From Escherichia phage Greed, in sequence record KX534337: a stretch of 60,042 nucleotides of DNA; one strand, 5' to 3'. Under the pieces are notes generated by a model that saw nothing but the letters and a program-made list of their open reading frames with translations, searched no databases and had not been told where the DNA came from. Positions 49,209 to 57,510 of the stretch are shown here, piece after piece. The translations under genes were made by a program, and so were the position numbers. Numbering within the stretch: position 1 is the stretch's first letter; every line of letters begins with the position of its first letter.

Positions 49209-49769
49209 TTACAGGCTATAGTTCACGTGGCATTTCGAAGTTTCTTCGATGGTGCATTCTACAAGTTGAACACCATGTTCGTCAAGCAGTTGCGGACCAA
49301 TTACGTTTACCATGTATGCAGCCAGGTTTTCCGCGGTTGGGTTAAACGGTAAAGATACCAGTGAATCGTTAAAGGCTTTAAGATCTTCATCCCCTTCACC
49401 GAAAGTAGGCCAACCGCGTTCAGTTTGACTATCTGTGCGAATACAACATTGCAGCCCATTAATCAGCATATCCTGATCCCAATGCAGGAACTTATGATCC
49501 CAGTTGTCTTCCAACCATTGACAGAGCGTAGTTTTAACCACACTAAAGTCGATAACTCGCCCAACACTGTCCAGCTTAGCGCGCTCTTTTACTTCGACGT
49601 TAACAAGACCTCTGCCCATTTCAATTGGTACTTCTTTAACTGTTTCTTTCGGCGCAACTTTAAAGTGAAACTTATAGTTGTGACCGTGAAGGTGTCGACA
49701 CTTGCTTTCATGACCAACGACACGGTGACCTGCACAAATTTCATGTGAACGAATTACTGTATAACTCAT
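49209..49769 (-). CDS. queD: 6-carboxy-5,6,7,8-tetrahydropterin synthase (QueD-like)
   Basis: N-terminal CAGHRVVGHESKCRHLHGHNYKF matches the QueD/PTPS CxxxHGH zinc site; 186 aa with a C-terminal extension. Confidence 0.7.
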   Translation of the reverse strand: MSYTVIRSHEICAGHRVVGHESKCRHLHGHNYKFHFKVAPKETVKEVPIEMGRGLVNVEVKERAKLDSVGRVIDFSVVKTTLCQWLEDNWDHKFLHWDQDMLINGLQCCIRTDSQTERGWPTFGEGDEDLKAFNDSLVSLPFNPTAENLAAYMVNVIGPQLLDEHGVQLVECTIEETSKCHVNYSL

Positions 49770-50323
49770 TTTAATACCTCTTTAGACTGTTCAATTTCTA
49801 ACGCACGTTGCGCCGACGCAATAATGTCTTTCAAATCTTCTACCAGATTCTTATGACCGCGTTCGCCCGGCTGCAACGCCTTTTTAATCAAATGTTGTAA
49901 AGCTGGGTTAGTTGTCTTCCAAGCTTCCAAGACATCATAGACGTCCACGATGCATTTTACAACATTCCCGTTTTGATCTTTACCATAAATAACTTTCTGA
50001 TATTTATTCATGGGAATTTTAGATGGTTCGTATTTCGTAAAAATTGCGGTTTTATCAATTCTCCAGTCGGGCAAATTTGCTTCAATAGATTGTTTGACGT
50101 AATCATCCGCAACAATATATCTCCAGGCTATGATATCTTGAACTTTATAAGGGCTATTCTCATCCATAGCCGAACGCCCTTCTATAGCCCAATCCCATCC
50201 ATGTAATAGATTCTTAACGTGTGTGCCGTTGCGCAAACGAACTTCAAACTTCTCATTACGAAGAAAAATAGGCATTCCTTTACCGTCGTGTTGGTGCCAA
50301 ATTTTATTCAAATTATCTTTCAT
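49766..50323 (-). CDS. Hypothetical protein (185 aa) inside the deazaguanine cluster
   Basis: ATG at 50323 directly follows the upstream stop; no motif recognised. Confidence 0.45.
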   Translation of the reverse strand: MKDNLNKIWHQHDGKGMPIFLRNEKFEVRLRNGTHVKNLLHGWDWAIEGRSAMDENSPYKVQDIIAWRYIVADDYVKQSIEANLPDWRIDKTAIFTKYEPSKIPMNKYQKVIYGKDQNGNVVKCIVDVYDVLEAWKTTNPALQHLIKKALQPGERGHKNLVEDLKDIIASAQRALEIEQSKEVLK

Positions 50324-50325
50324 TT

Positions 50326-50832
50326 TTACGCTCTCGCTGTACGTGAATGAACTTCGTAAACAATCCAAAGGATAGCGGACGCTGTGAACTTACTTAAGCT
50401 CATTGCTACCATAGATCCTGGATTAACAATACCTATAATACTTAAGAACACAATGGAGTCAATCGGTACAGCTACCAAAGAGCTAATAAATACACGTTGA
50501 TGAAACGGCTTCTTAGTAATCGTGTATACCGCATAGTCCGCAAACTCGCTAAGAGCAAAGGATGCAACGGATGCAACTACAACAGCAGGATCCCCAAATA
50601 CCCAGCTAAGGATGCAACCCACAATCATTGCAGGGATGACGCCTTTGCCAGCGTTACGCTGTGCGTAATCACGCAGAACAAAGATAATACCTACAAAGAA
50701 AGCCATCATGGGGACTACGCCAAGTGGCGTATTAAGCATTGGAAGGTAGGAAAAGCCCAGGTTTACGAATGTAATTGCAGCCAGATAAGCAACGATAAAT
50801 TTCATACTTTTGTTCTCCAGTTTTAACAGCAC
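50326..50832 (-). CDS. Integral membrane protein, possible queuosine-precursor (YhhQ-type) transporter
   Basis: 168 aa with about five hydrophobic helices; FVLRDYAQRNAG loop; located between queC and queD. Confidence 0.4.
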   Translation of the reverse strand: MLLKLENKSMKFIVAYLAAITFVNLGFSYLPMLNTPLGVVPMMAFFVGIIFVLRDYAQRNAGKGVIPAMIVGCILSWVFGDPAVVVASVASFALSEFADYAVYTITKKPFHQRVFISSLVAVPIDSIVFLSIIGIVNPGSMVAMSLSKFTASAILWIVYEVHSRTARA

Positions 50833-50925
50833 TATTCGCTGGTTGTTGGGTTTAAAAGCTTTAGTAGTATAGTTGGGTTACCGCACCCTAAACAATGCGC
50901 TAGCGGTGCGGTTTTCGCGGTAAGA

Positions 50926-51633
50926 TCAAGCTTTGCTAATAAATTCGCTGTACCCTTTAGCACGCAGTTTGCACGCTGGACATTCCCCGCAACCGTATCC
51001 CCAGTCATGCAGAGTACGACGGACACCATTATAGCACGTATGGGACTGCTCAATTACTGTGGTTAAGAAACCAACCTTATCCGCCAGCTCAAACGTTTCT
51101 GCTTTATTTAAACGCATAAGCGGAGTAACAAAATGGATATCTGTTTCATATCCAACGTTTAAGGTAGCTTCAAGCAAATCTACAAACTGCTGGCGGCAAT
51201 CCGGATAACCGCTATAGTCCGTTTCACAAACGCCTGTAACCACATAGCGAGCTCCAACCTTCTGCGCGTAGGCGTGCGCGGTAGTCAGGAAAAGAGCATT
51301 ACGGTTTGGCACAAAGCTTGCCGGAAGGTTGTTGTGCTGTTCGTGATGTTCGTTAACATCACCTTCGTTCCCGATTAAAGCACTATTGCCGATCTGTTTC
51401 AAAGCAGGTAATTCAAAGACAACAAACGGGACATTGTGCTCTTTACAAATTTGATTAGCACAAGCCAGCTCAATGTTATGACGTTGACCGTATGCAAAAC
51501 CGATAGCGTAAACTTTGTCATAGTTATTAAGTGCAAGACCCAAACAGGTCACGCTGTCCTGGCCGCCAGACAGGACGACAACGGCGGAGTTATGATTTTT
51601 TACAGGGAATACCAGTTTATCTAATTTATTCAT
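50926..51633 (-). CDS. queC: 7-cyano-7-deazaguanine synthase
   Basis: 235 aa; PP-loop VVLSGGQDS; VTGVCETDYSGYPDC; C-terminal zinc cluster CYNG...CGECPACKLR; close parallel to E. coli QueC throughout. Confidence 0.9.
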   Translation of the reverse strand: MNKLDKLVFPVKNHNSAVVVLSGGQDSVTCLGLALNNYDKVYAIGFAYGQRHNIELACANQICKEHNVPFVVFELPALKQIGNSALIGNEGDVNEHHEQHNNLPASFVPNRNALFLTTAHAYAQKVGARYVVTGVCETDYSGYPDCRQQFVDLLEATLNVGYETDIHFVTPLMRLNKAETFELADKVGFLTTVIEQSHTCYNGVRRTLHDWGYGCGECPACKLRAKGYSEFISKA

Positions 51634-51634
51634 T

Positions 51635-51823
51635 TTAGAAACCTTTAAGGCTAATATTAAGGTTAATGACTACTTGTTCAACTACAGCTTCAGAGGTTAC
51701 CTGACGCTGGTGTATCTCAAGCTCCGTATGTATTTTCTTGGATGCAGCACGACAAATAGCGTCATTCAACTCGTCTTGTAAACGTTGAATTTTCTGCATA
51801 AGGATTACAGTTTCTTCATTCAT
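51635..51823 (-). CDS. Hypothetical protein (62 aa), tandem paralog of 51816..52028
   Basis: Shares the pattern EL-E/D...HxEL-E/D-I...VxIN...I-K/S-G with the adjacent upstream gene. Confidence 0.4.
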   Translation of the reverse strand: MNEETVILMQKIQRLQDELNDAICRAASKKIHTELEIHQRQVTSEAVVEQVVINLNISLKGF

Positions 51824-52028
51824 TTACTTCACCTTTAATATTACAAGGGTTAATTGTTACGTTAGACATTACAATTGGATGATTGCGTGCTCCAATTGTA
51901 CTAACGTGATTAATATCTAATTCTACATGCACGCCCTGCATAGTAGCGTGAGCAATTGAAGAATTAAGTTTTTCTACCAGCTCAGTGATCATTTCCTGAT
52001 GCTGTTTCGCTTCTTCCAAAGTGATCAT
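51816..52028 (-). CDS. Hypothetical protein (70 aa), tandem paralog of 51635..51823
   Basis: See 51635..51823; the two genes overlap by 8 nt. Confidence 0.4.
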   Translation of the reverse strand: MITLEEAKQHQEMITELVEKLNSSIAHATMQGVHVELDINHVSTIGARNHPIVMSNVTINPCNIKGEVNE

Positions 52029-52281
52029 TTCTTTTCACCTTCACTAATGTTTGTTTATAATCCATACCTTCAAGGTCAACTTCTGCCATTTCACAAAAGT
52101 TATCATCTTCCCAGTATGATGTCCATTTAGTTTCACTGTCCATCAACGTTGGCTCATACTCGAATCCGTAAACTGTACCGTCTTGATCCGTAGCCAGCCA
52201 CCGTACCCATTCAGGGACATCAAGCTTATTACCAAAGTATTCAACTTCTTTAGTATGCACAACCTGACTTAACACACGCAT
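51982..52281 (-). CDS. Hypothetical protein (99 aa), paralog of 13633..13935
   Basis: Shares PEW...DxDG...EVDLEGMD...TL with the plus-strand gene at 13633. Confidence 0.45.
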   Translation of the reverse strand: MRVLSQVVHTKEVEYFGNKLDVPEWVRWLATDQDGTVYGFEYEPTLMDSETKWTSYWEDDNFCEMAEVDLEGMDYKQTLVKVKRNDHFGRSETASGNDH

Positions 52282-52988
52282 TATTCCACCCCGATATATT
52301 TGTGAACCTGAAGCTGCAACGTGTAACCGTGTTTCATACAGCTTTGGACAACGGCTTGGATATTGCTGTGGTTAAGGTCTTCATCCTGCTCGTCCATTGG
52401 CTGTAAATATATCTTACCCTTGAAACCCTTCGGAGGTCTAGCGATAAATGGCGTAGCCTGATGATCTAATGCTTGAAGAGGTAAACCATCTTCCACGTTT
52501 ACACAGCACGCTTTAAGTACATATTTAAATGCATTAGCGCGGTGCAGCACAGAAGGATGAATCTTTGAGGTCTTGGGACTACATACAATTACAGGTAACT
52601 GGGAAAAGTTCTTAGGTAAAGGCATAGACCCATTAGTTTCAATTTGCACCAAATAGCCGCGCGATAACAGTTGTTCAATAAACGGGTTAATTTGCTGACG
52701 GAACGGTTCACCCCCAGTGATAACCACAAGTGAGGTGCTATTGCCTGATTCCAGCTTACGGCTTTCGATTAAACGCATAATATCGACAATATGATAAAGA
52801 CTACGACCAACAGTATAATCGGTATCACAGCCAGGGCATTGCAGATTACACCCAGCAAGACGCACAAATACAGCAGGTTGGCCGCAGAATGGACCTTCAC
52901 CCTGAATGGTAGAGAATACCGAATGCACGTCTAAATACATATCGTTTTCTTTAGAACGGGACTCGGGAGCTTGTTGATTAATATTCAT
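52281..52988 (-). CDS. queE: 7-carboxy-7-deazaguanine synthase (radical SAM)
   Basis: 235 aa; TIQGEGPFCGQPAVFVRLAGCNLQCPGCDTDY contains the radical-SAM Cx3Cx2C-type cluster and QueE-like N-terminus. Confidence 0.8.
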   Translation of the reverse strand: MNINQQAPESRSKENDMYLDVHSVFSTIQGEGPFCGQPAVFVRLAGCNLQCPGCDTDYTVGRSLYHIVDIMRLIESRKLESGNSTSLVVITGGEPFRQQINPFIEQLLSRGYLVQIETNGSMPLPKNFSQLPVIVCSPKTSKIHPSVLHRANAFKYVLKACCVNVEDGLPLQALDHQATPFIARPPKGFKGKIYLQPMDEQDEDLNHSNIQAVVQSCMKHGYTLQLQVHKYIGVE

Positions 52989-53057
52989 CTTAAATCCTCT
53001 AGTGAAAAAGAAAGCGCCTCATTGGGCGCTTTCATTATAACGTGATATGTTTTGATA

Positions 53058-53885
53058 TTACAAGCCGTTCAGGGCTTCCGGTACTGGCATAGGTACGCGA
53101 CCAGTTACACCATTAAACTTCTTCCAACGTGCATACTGAGTTTTAACGGTATCTTCGTTCAGACCGTGACGACCTGCTAGATTCAGAACATAAGAGATTG
53201 GAGCAGGCTGACCCAGCGTAGCGCTAATCTGATCCATCAGGGCCCAGGCACGACCGCAGGAAGTTTCAGGTTGCGGACGACGAACACCATTCTGTTCAGG
53301 CATACGGTTCGCTTCTTTCGCTTTTTCACGTTCAGCTTTTTCGCGGGCTTTTTCAGCAGCCTTTTCAGCCTGTTTAGCAGCGCGGATCTTGTCTTTGAAG
53401 CCTTTGATAGACGAATCCAGTTCGTCAACCATGCTCTGAGCAGCAGTTACTGCACCGGACAGATCTTCACCTTTGGATTTTTTAACAACTGCTTTCAGCT
53501 CTTTCAGAGCATTCTTTAAATGCTTCAGCTGTTCAGAACCCTTAGATTCTGCTTCCGTGATCTGATCAACAGTGCTTTCATCGGTAATACCGGATAAAGC
53601 AAACTTCACGGTTTCAACTACCTGGGAAAGAGCGGTAAATTTATTTTCAGCTTCAGTACGAATTTCAGCTTGTTTCTTTTCAGCGGCAGCTTTTTTCTCT
53701 GCTTCTTTTTTCTCTTTTGCTACGCGTGCAGCTTCAGCGGCAGCGGCTTTTTTAGCTTCTGCGTCGTTAGCAGTAGCTTCTTTCTTTGCAGGCTTAGCAG
53801 ATTTTGCAGCGGCAGCAGCGGCTGCGGCAGCAGCGGCTGCGGCAGCAGCGGCTTTCTTATCTTCAATATTACTCATTTTCTTCAC
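53058..53885 (-). CDS. Ala/Lys/Glu-rich histone-like protein with poly-Ala tract and conserved C-terminal domain (paralog of 9989..10648)
   Basis: 275 aa; 19-residue poly-Ala run, KAAAE-type repeats, C-terminal domain aligning with 9989..10648. Confidence 0.5.
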   Translation of the reverse strand: MKKMSNIEDKKAAAAAAAAAAAAAAAAKSAKPAKKEATANDAEAKKAAAAEAARVAKEKKEAEKKAAAEKKQAEIRTEAENKFTALSQVVETVKFALSGITDESTVDQITEAESKGSEQLKHLKNALKELKAVVKKSKGEDLSGAVTAAQSMVDELDSSIKGFKDKIRAAKQAEKAAEKAREKAEREKAKEANRMPEQNGVRRPQPETSCGRAWALMDQISATLGQPAPISYVLNLAGRHGLNEDTVKTQYARWKKFNGVTGRVPMPVPEALNGL

Positions 53886-53924
53886 TCCGAATTATTATGG
53901 GTTCGTTTGTTACCAACGGGGTTA

Positions 53925-53953
53925 AATGTACCAAAGGATTTTGTGACACGCAA
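53925..53953 (-). promoter_or_regulatory. Putative sigma70-like promoter (minus strand)
   Basis: Minus-strand TTGCGT, 17-bp spacer, TACATT about 40 nt upstream of the 53885 start. Confidence 0.3.
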
Positions 53954-54003
53954 CCCCTTACATAAACATTTTTAAAAATATTTTTGATCAGGGTTAGAAC
54001 TTA

Positions 54004-54498
54004 TTAGCTCTTCGCACCTCTGCCCGGTGTCCATGCTGCTTGCAATGCGGGTTGCTCACAAATGACCCTGGCACCGGAAATAATACCACCCTCCCGTTCA
54101 GCATCGTATTTGACACGGGCAGGTTTCCAAAGTCCTTCATCCATTGACGGTACATATTGCCCAAGTTGAGGCGAGCAAAAGCCCTGGATATCATATTCCA
54201 CACAGAATTCGGCTTGTGCGCTAATTTGGGCGTGATCCAGGAGTGTTTCTGGAAGTTGCGTAAAGTAATCAGACAAAATGCGCTCAACGATTTCCCGTTC
54301 ATAAGGTGCAGCTCCTAAATTTTCTGTCAAGTTAATATAAAGCATTTGAAGATCAACATCTTCAAGATCGTGTAAATCGTCTACTGGTGTTACCAGTGTT
54401 GACTCCGGACAACAAATAATTCCAAGTTGGTGTAGTGTCAGCCAATTGGGATGCTTTGCCAAGAGTTCAAATTTATCTGTATCAATTAGGACGTACAT
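54004..54498 (-). CDS. Hypothetical protein (164 aa)
   Basis: Acidic ORF; no motif. Confidence 0.45.
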   Translation of the reverse strand: MYVLIDTDKFELLAKHPNWLTLHQLGIICCPESTLVTPVDDLHDLEDVDLQMLYINLTENLGAAPYEREIVERILSDYFTQLPETLLDHAQISAQAEFCVEYDIQGFCSPQLGQYVPSMDEGLWKPARVKYDAEREGGIISGARVICEQPALQAAWTPGRGAKS

Positions 54499-54557
54499 TG
54501 CAATCCCCTATAAATAAGTAATGCCCCAATAGTAGGGGCATTAGATGTTGAAGTCAA

Positions 54558-56540
54558 TTAAAAAGGAACGTAATCCGGATCGTCTACTTGCACAGGGTTA
54601 ACCACATTGTTCACTGTTATACCTTGCGTATTCTGCGAAACAATATCGTCCCAGCTCACATCATCGTTATAGCTTGGCCCTTCGGTTGTTCCATCCTGCC
54701 CGTATACTTTAACCTGAATAGCTTCGTCGTCCTGCGGTGCTTCAAACTTACCGAAACAAGTACCATCATAATCATAGTTCAATATCTCAGGCCATTTCTT
54801 ATTGGTATGAACTTTGATGTATTTTGGTGTTTTAAGCATTGCAGCAACATCAAGAGCTTCTTCAATAGTTTGTGGTAAAGGTAAATGTGTCCTTTTCTTC
54901 CACCATGCGACAGCTTTACGACCTGCCCAGTCCCCGTGAAGCAGAGCTACCCATTCACTGAATATTTTACTACCGCAATAATAAGTCACCTTCATTGTTG
55001 GAGGTTTAGAGCTGTCATTGCGTTTAGTATGCTTTGCATAAGTCACATGCGTAACTTTAAAGTCTTCAACTACTGGAATATCCTGCTTGATCAGGGCTTC
55101 CGTACTTGCTGCTTTCTTGAGTTTGGTCTGGAACTTAAACTCATGACCGCAAAAGCCTTCTTTAACGTAATCCGTCCCGCGTAGCCTAAATCCTTTCAGA
55201 TATAATTGTTGAACTTGTTCCTGTGTGACGCTGTTCATTGGGATTGGTGCGAAGCCACCACAATAGCGAGCGGATGCATGATTATACGACCCACATACAT
55301 CGCATTCTTTAACCGGAGCAGTACCAGCACCTTTTTCGCCCGGGCGCTTGGGTTTAACAGGGTCGTTAATAGGGCCCAAACGGCGCGTATTACCGCTGAA
55401 ATCCAGTACAAGGCAGTTCTGCTTGGGGCTTGCCGCAATAGCTTGTAAGCGCCCCTCCTGCGTGGAAAGATCAAAGCCCTCCGCGTACACCGGACGCGTA
55501 CCGCGACCCAGCATCTGGACCCATAGCACCGCCGACGCAGTTGGGCGGAGCATGATAATTAAGTCTAGCATTGGATGATCAAAACCTGTGGTTAAGACGT
55601 TGTTGTTCGTTAATGCTCGAAATTCACCGCGCTTGAATTTTTCAATAATCTCGTCACGTTCTTTTGCATCAAGCTTAGAGTGAATACATCCACAGCTAAT
55701 ACCCATATCGTTCAGCATATCGCAGGCGTCTTTAGCGTGTTCAATACCAGAACAAAATATAAGCCAGCTTTGACGGTCTTCACCACATTCAATTGCTTCC
55801 TCAAGTGCGCGGAGTGTTGCGTCATCGCGGTTTACCGCACTTTGCAGCTCACTCTGGATAAACTCACCGCCGCGTTTACCTACCCCGTTGAGGTCCAGTT
55901 CCATCTTAGTACGCTTTGGCACAACCGGAAGAAGATAACCTTGCTCCAGGAACCAGTTGAAGGCTTCCGGAGTAGTTGCATCGAACGTTACCTTATCAAA
56001 TAACGCATCATCGTCTTCGTTTTCCTTAACAATTGAACCATACCCCAGTCGATAAGGTGTAGCGGTAAGACCGATGATTTTTAAATACGGGTTAACTTCA
56101 CGCAACGCTGCAAAGAACTTCTTATACATTGTTGCATCACGCGGACTAATAAGATGTGCTTCATCCACAAAAATAAGATCAACTTTGCCGAACTTTTTCG
56201 GATGCTTAGCAACGGACGCAATCCCTGCAAAGGTAATAAGATTGTAGACTTCTTTACGCTTCAAACCCGCGCTGTAAATACCTGCTGGCGCTTCGGGCCA
56301 AACTTTCATTAATTTATCATAGTTTTGTGCAATTAACTCTTTGACGTGAGTTAACATCATTACGCGCTGGTTTGGATACCATTTATAAAGCAGATCGAGG
56401 AACCCCGCGATAACGAGCGATTTTCCTGTCCCTGTTGGTAACAGGATCAAAGGGTTCCCCGCGTTACCCTTTTCAGCATCAAAATAGCGGAATACGCTAT
56501 AAACTGCTTCCTGTTGATAATCGCGGAGCCTCATAATCAA
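54558..56540 (-). CDS. Superfamily-2 DNA helicase (DEAH-type) with C-terminal zinc-finger-like region
   Basis: 660 aa; Walker A LPTGTGKS, Walker B/motif II FVDEAHLISP, motif VI QMLGRGTR; Cys cluster CDVCGSYNHASARYCGG. Confidence 0.75.
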   Translation of the reverse strand: MIMRLRDYQQEAVYSVFRYFDAEKGNAGNPLILLPTGTGKSLVIAGFLDLLYKWYPNQRVMMLTHVKELIAQNYDKLMKVWPEAPAGIYSAGLKRKEVYNLITFAGIASVAKHPKKFGKVDLIFVDEAHLISPRDATMYKKFFAALREVNPYLKIIGLTATPYRLGYGSIVKENEDDDALFDKVTFDATTPEAFNWFLEQGYLLPVVPKRTKMELDLNGVGKRGGEFIQSELQSAVNRDDATLRALEEAIECGEDRQSWLIFCSGIEHAKDACDMLNDMGISCGCIHSKLDAKERDEIIEKFKRGEFRALTNNNVLTTGFDHPMLDLIIMLRPTASAVLWVQMLGRGTRPVYAEGFDLSTQEGRLQAIAASPKQNCLVLDFSGNTRRLGPINDPVKPKRPGEKGAGTAPVKECDVCGSYNHASARYCGGFAPIPMNSVTQEQVQQLYLKGFRLRGTDYVKEGFCGHEFKFQTKLKKAASTEALIKQDIPVVEDFKVTHVTYAKHTKRNDSSKPPTMKVTYYCGSKIFSEWVALLHGDWAGRKAVAWWKKRTHLPLPQTIEEALDVAAMLKTPKYIKVHTNKKWPEILNYDYDGTCFGKFEAPQDDEAIQVKVYGQDGTTEGPSYNDDVSWDDIVSQNTQGITVNNVVNPVQVDDPDYVPF

Positions 56541-57445
56541 TCTTTCCCGTAATAATTAGCTACTTGATAGTTTTGACAACCAACTTTCTGTCCTTGCGTA
56601 TCCACTGCGACGGAATGGAAATTGCAATACCATGTTCCATCTTCTTTAGGTTCAAGGAATTGGCATGTGCGGCAGTTTACTTCCGGCATAGTTTTACGCC
56701 AGCATAGTGAGGAGTGATCGCACCATTTACATTCGAAGAAAGTGGAATCTTTAAATGCGCGGTCCGGAATATTTGTAGCAATAGCAATCTGCACACCACG
56801 ATCAATATACATGTCCGCGGTAACAGGATCAAACGGAATAATTTCTGCGTAAACTTCATCGTCATTCTTGTTTACAGCAAGATATAACGCTGCGCCAAGA
56901 CCTAGTTTTCGCATGTACACGTTCATCTGTACATAGTGCTCAGGTTTAGCTTCTTTGACACCTTTAGCTTTCAGCTTTTTAAAAGACTTATCGTTATGAG
57001 TCTTCATTTCGGTAAGCACAGGCATCCCAGGCTGCACGTCCGGACAACCTATAACCACACCATCGCAGGAACCGCCAAAGTGTCCGCCAGCTTCGCTGAT
57101 ACGGAACTGGTGTCCATTTTCGTCCTGCTGGTAAACCTGCATACCTGCCGCAAGCAGCATAGCAATGAAACGGGCTTCTTCCAGATGTCCGCGGTTAAAC
57201 AGTCGAAGCTGGCGCCCGTCAAACTCTTTGCGTGTAGCCCAGCGATATCCATAGAAAAGCTTGCGTGCGCATTGCTGCCCAATAAGGGAAGCGCCTAAGT
57301 GACTGCGGTTACCGCTTTCAGGGCGATAAGCGTCTTCAATTGTGGGAATGACTACGCCAAGATACTTACGGTAAGTCCCACCCTGATCTTTTTGCACACC
57401 GTCATTGATCGCTTGAAGTGTTTTTTCTGCAATATAAATAGCCAT
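56537..57445 (-). CDS. PD-(D/E)xK exonuclease (RecB/Cas4-like) with C-terminal Cys cluster
   Basis: 302 aa; GGSCDGVVIG...LTEMKTH (D/E-x-K core), EHYVQMNVYM (QhxxY-like), C-terminal Cys-rich region. Confidence 0.5.
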   Translation of the reverse strand: MAIYIAEKTLQAINDGVQKDQGGTYRKYLGVVIPTIEDAYRPESGNRSHLGASLIGQQCARKLFYGYRWATRKEFDGRQLRLFNRGHLEEARFIAMLLAAGMQVYQQDENGHQFRISEAGGHFGGSCDGVVIGCPDVQPGMPVLTEMKTHNDKSFKKLKAKGVKEAKPEHYVQMNVYMRKLGLGAALYLAVNKNDDEVYAEIIPFDPVTADMYIDRGVQIAIATNIPDRAFKDSTFFECKWCDHSSLCWRKTMPEVNCRTCQFLEPKEDGTWYCNFHSVAVDTQGQKVGCQNYQVANYYGKD

Positions 57446-57510
57446 TGGAATACCTTAGAAAAATAAGCCGTCTTTCGACGGCTTATGGACACTACAGAGG
57501 GAGGGTTATT

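Noticed and set aside
53572-53975. Plus-strand ORFs of 117 and 101 aa
   Set aside because: Antisense shadows of the Ala/Lys-rich gene, produced by its GC-rich repeats
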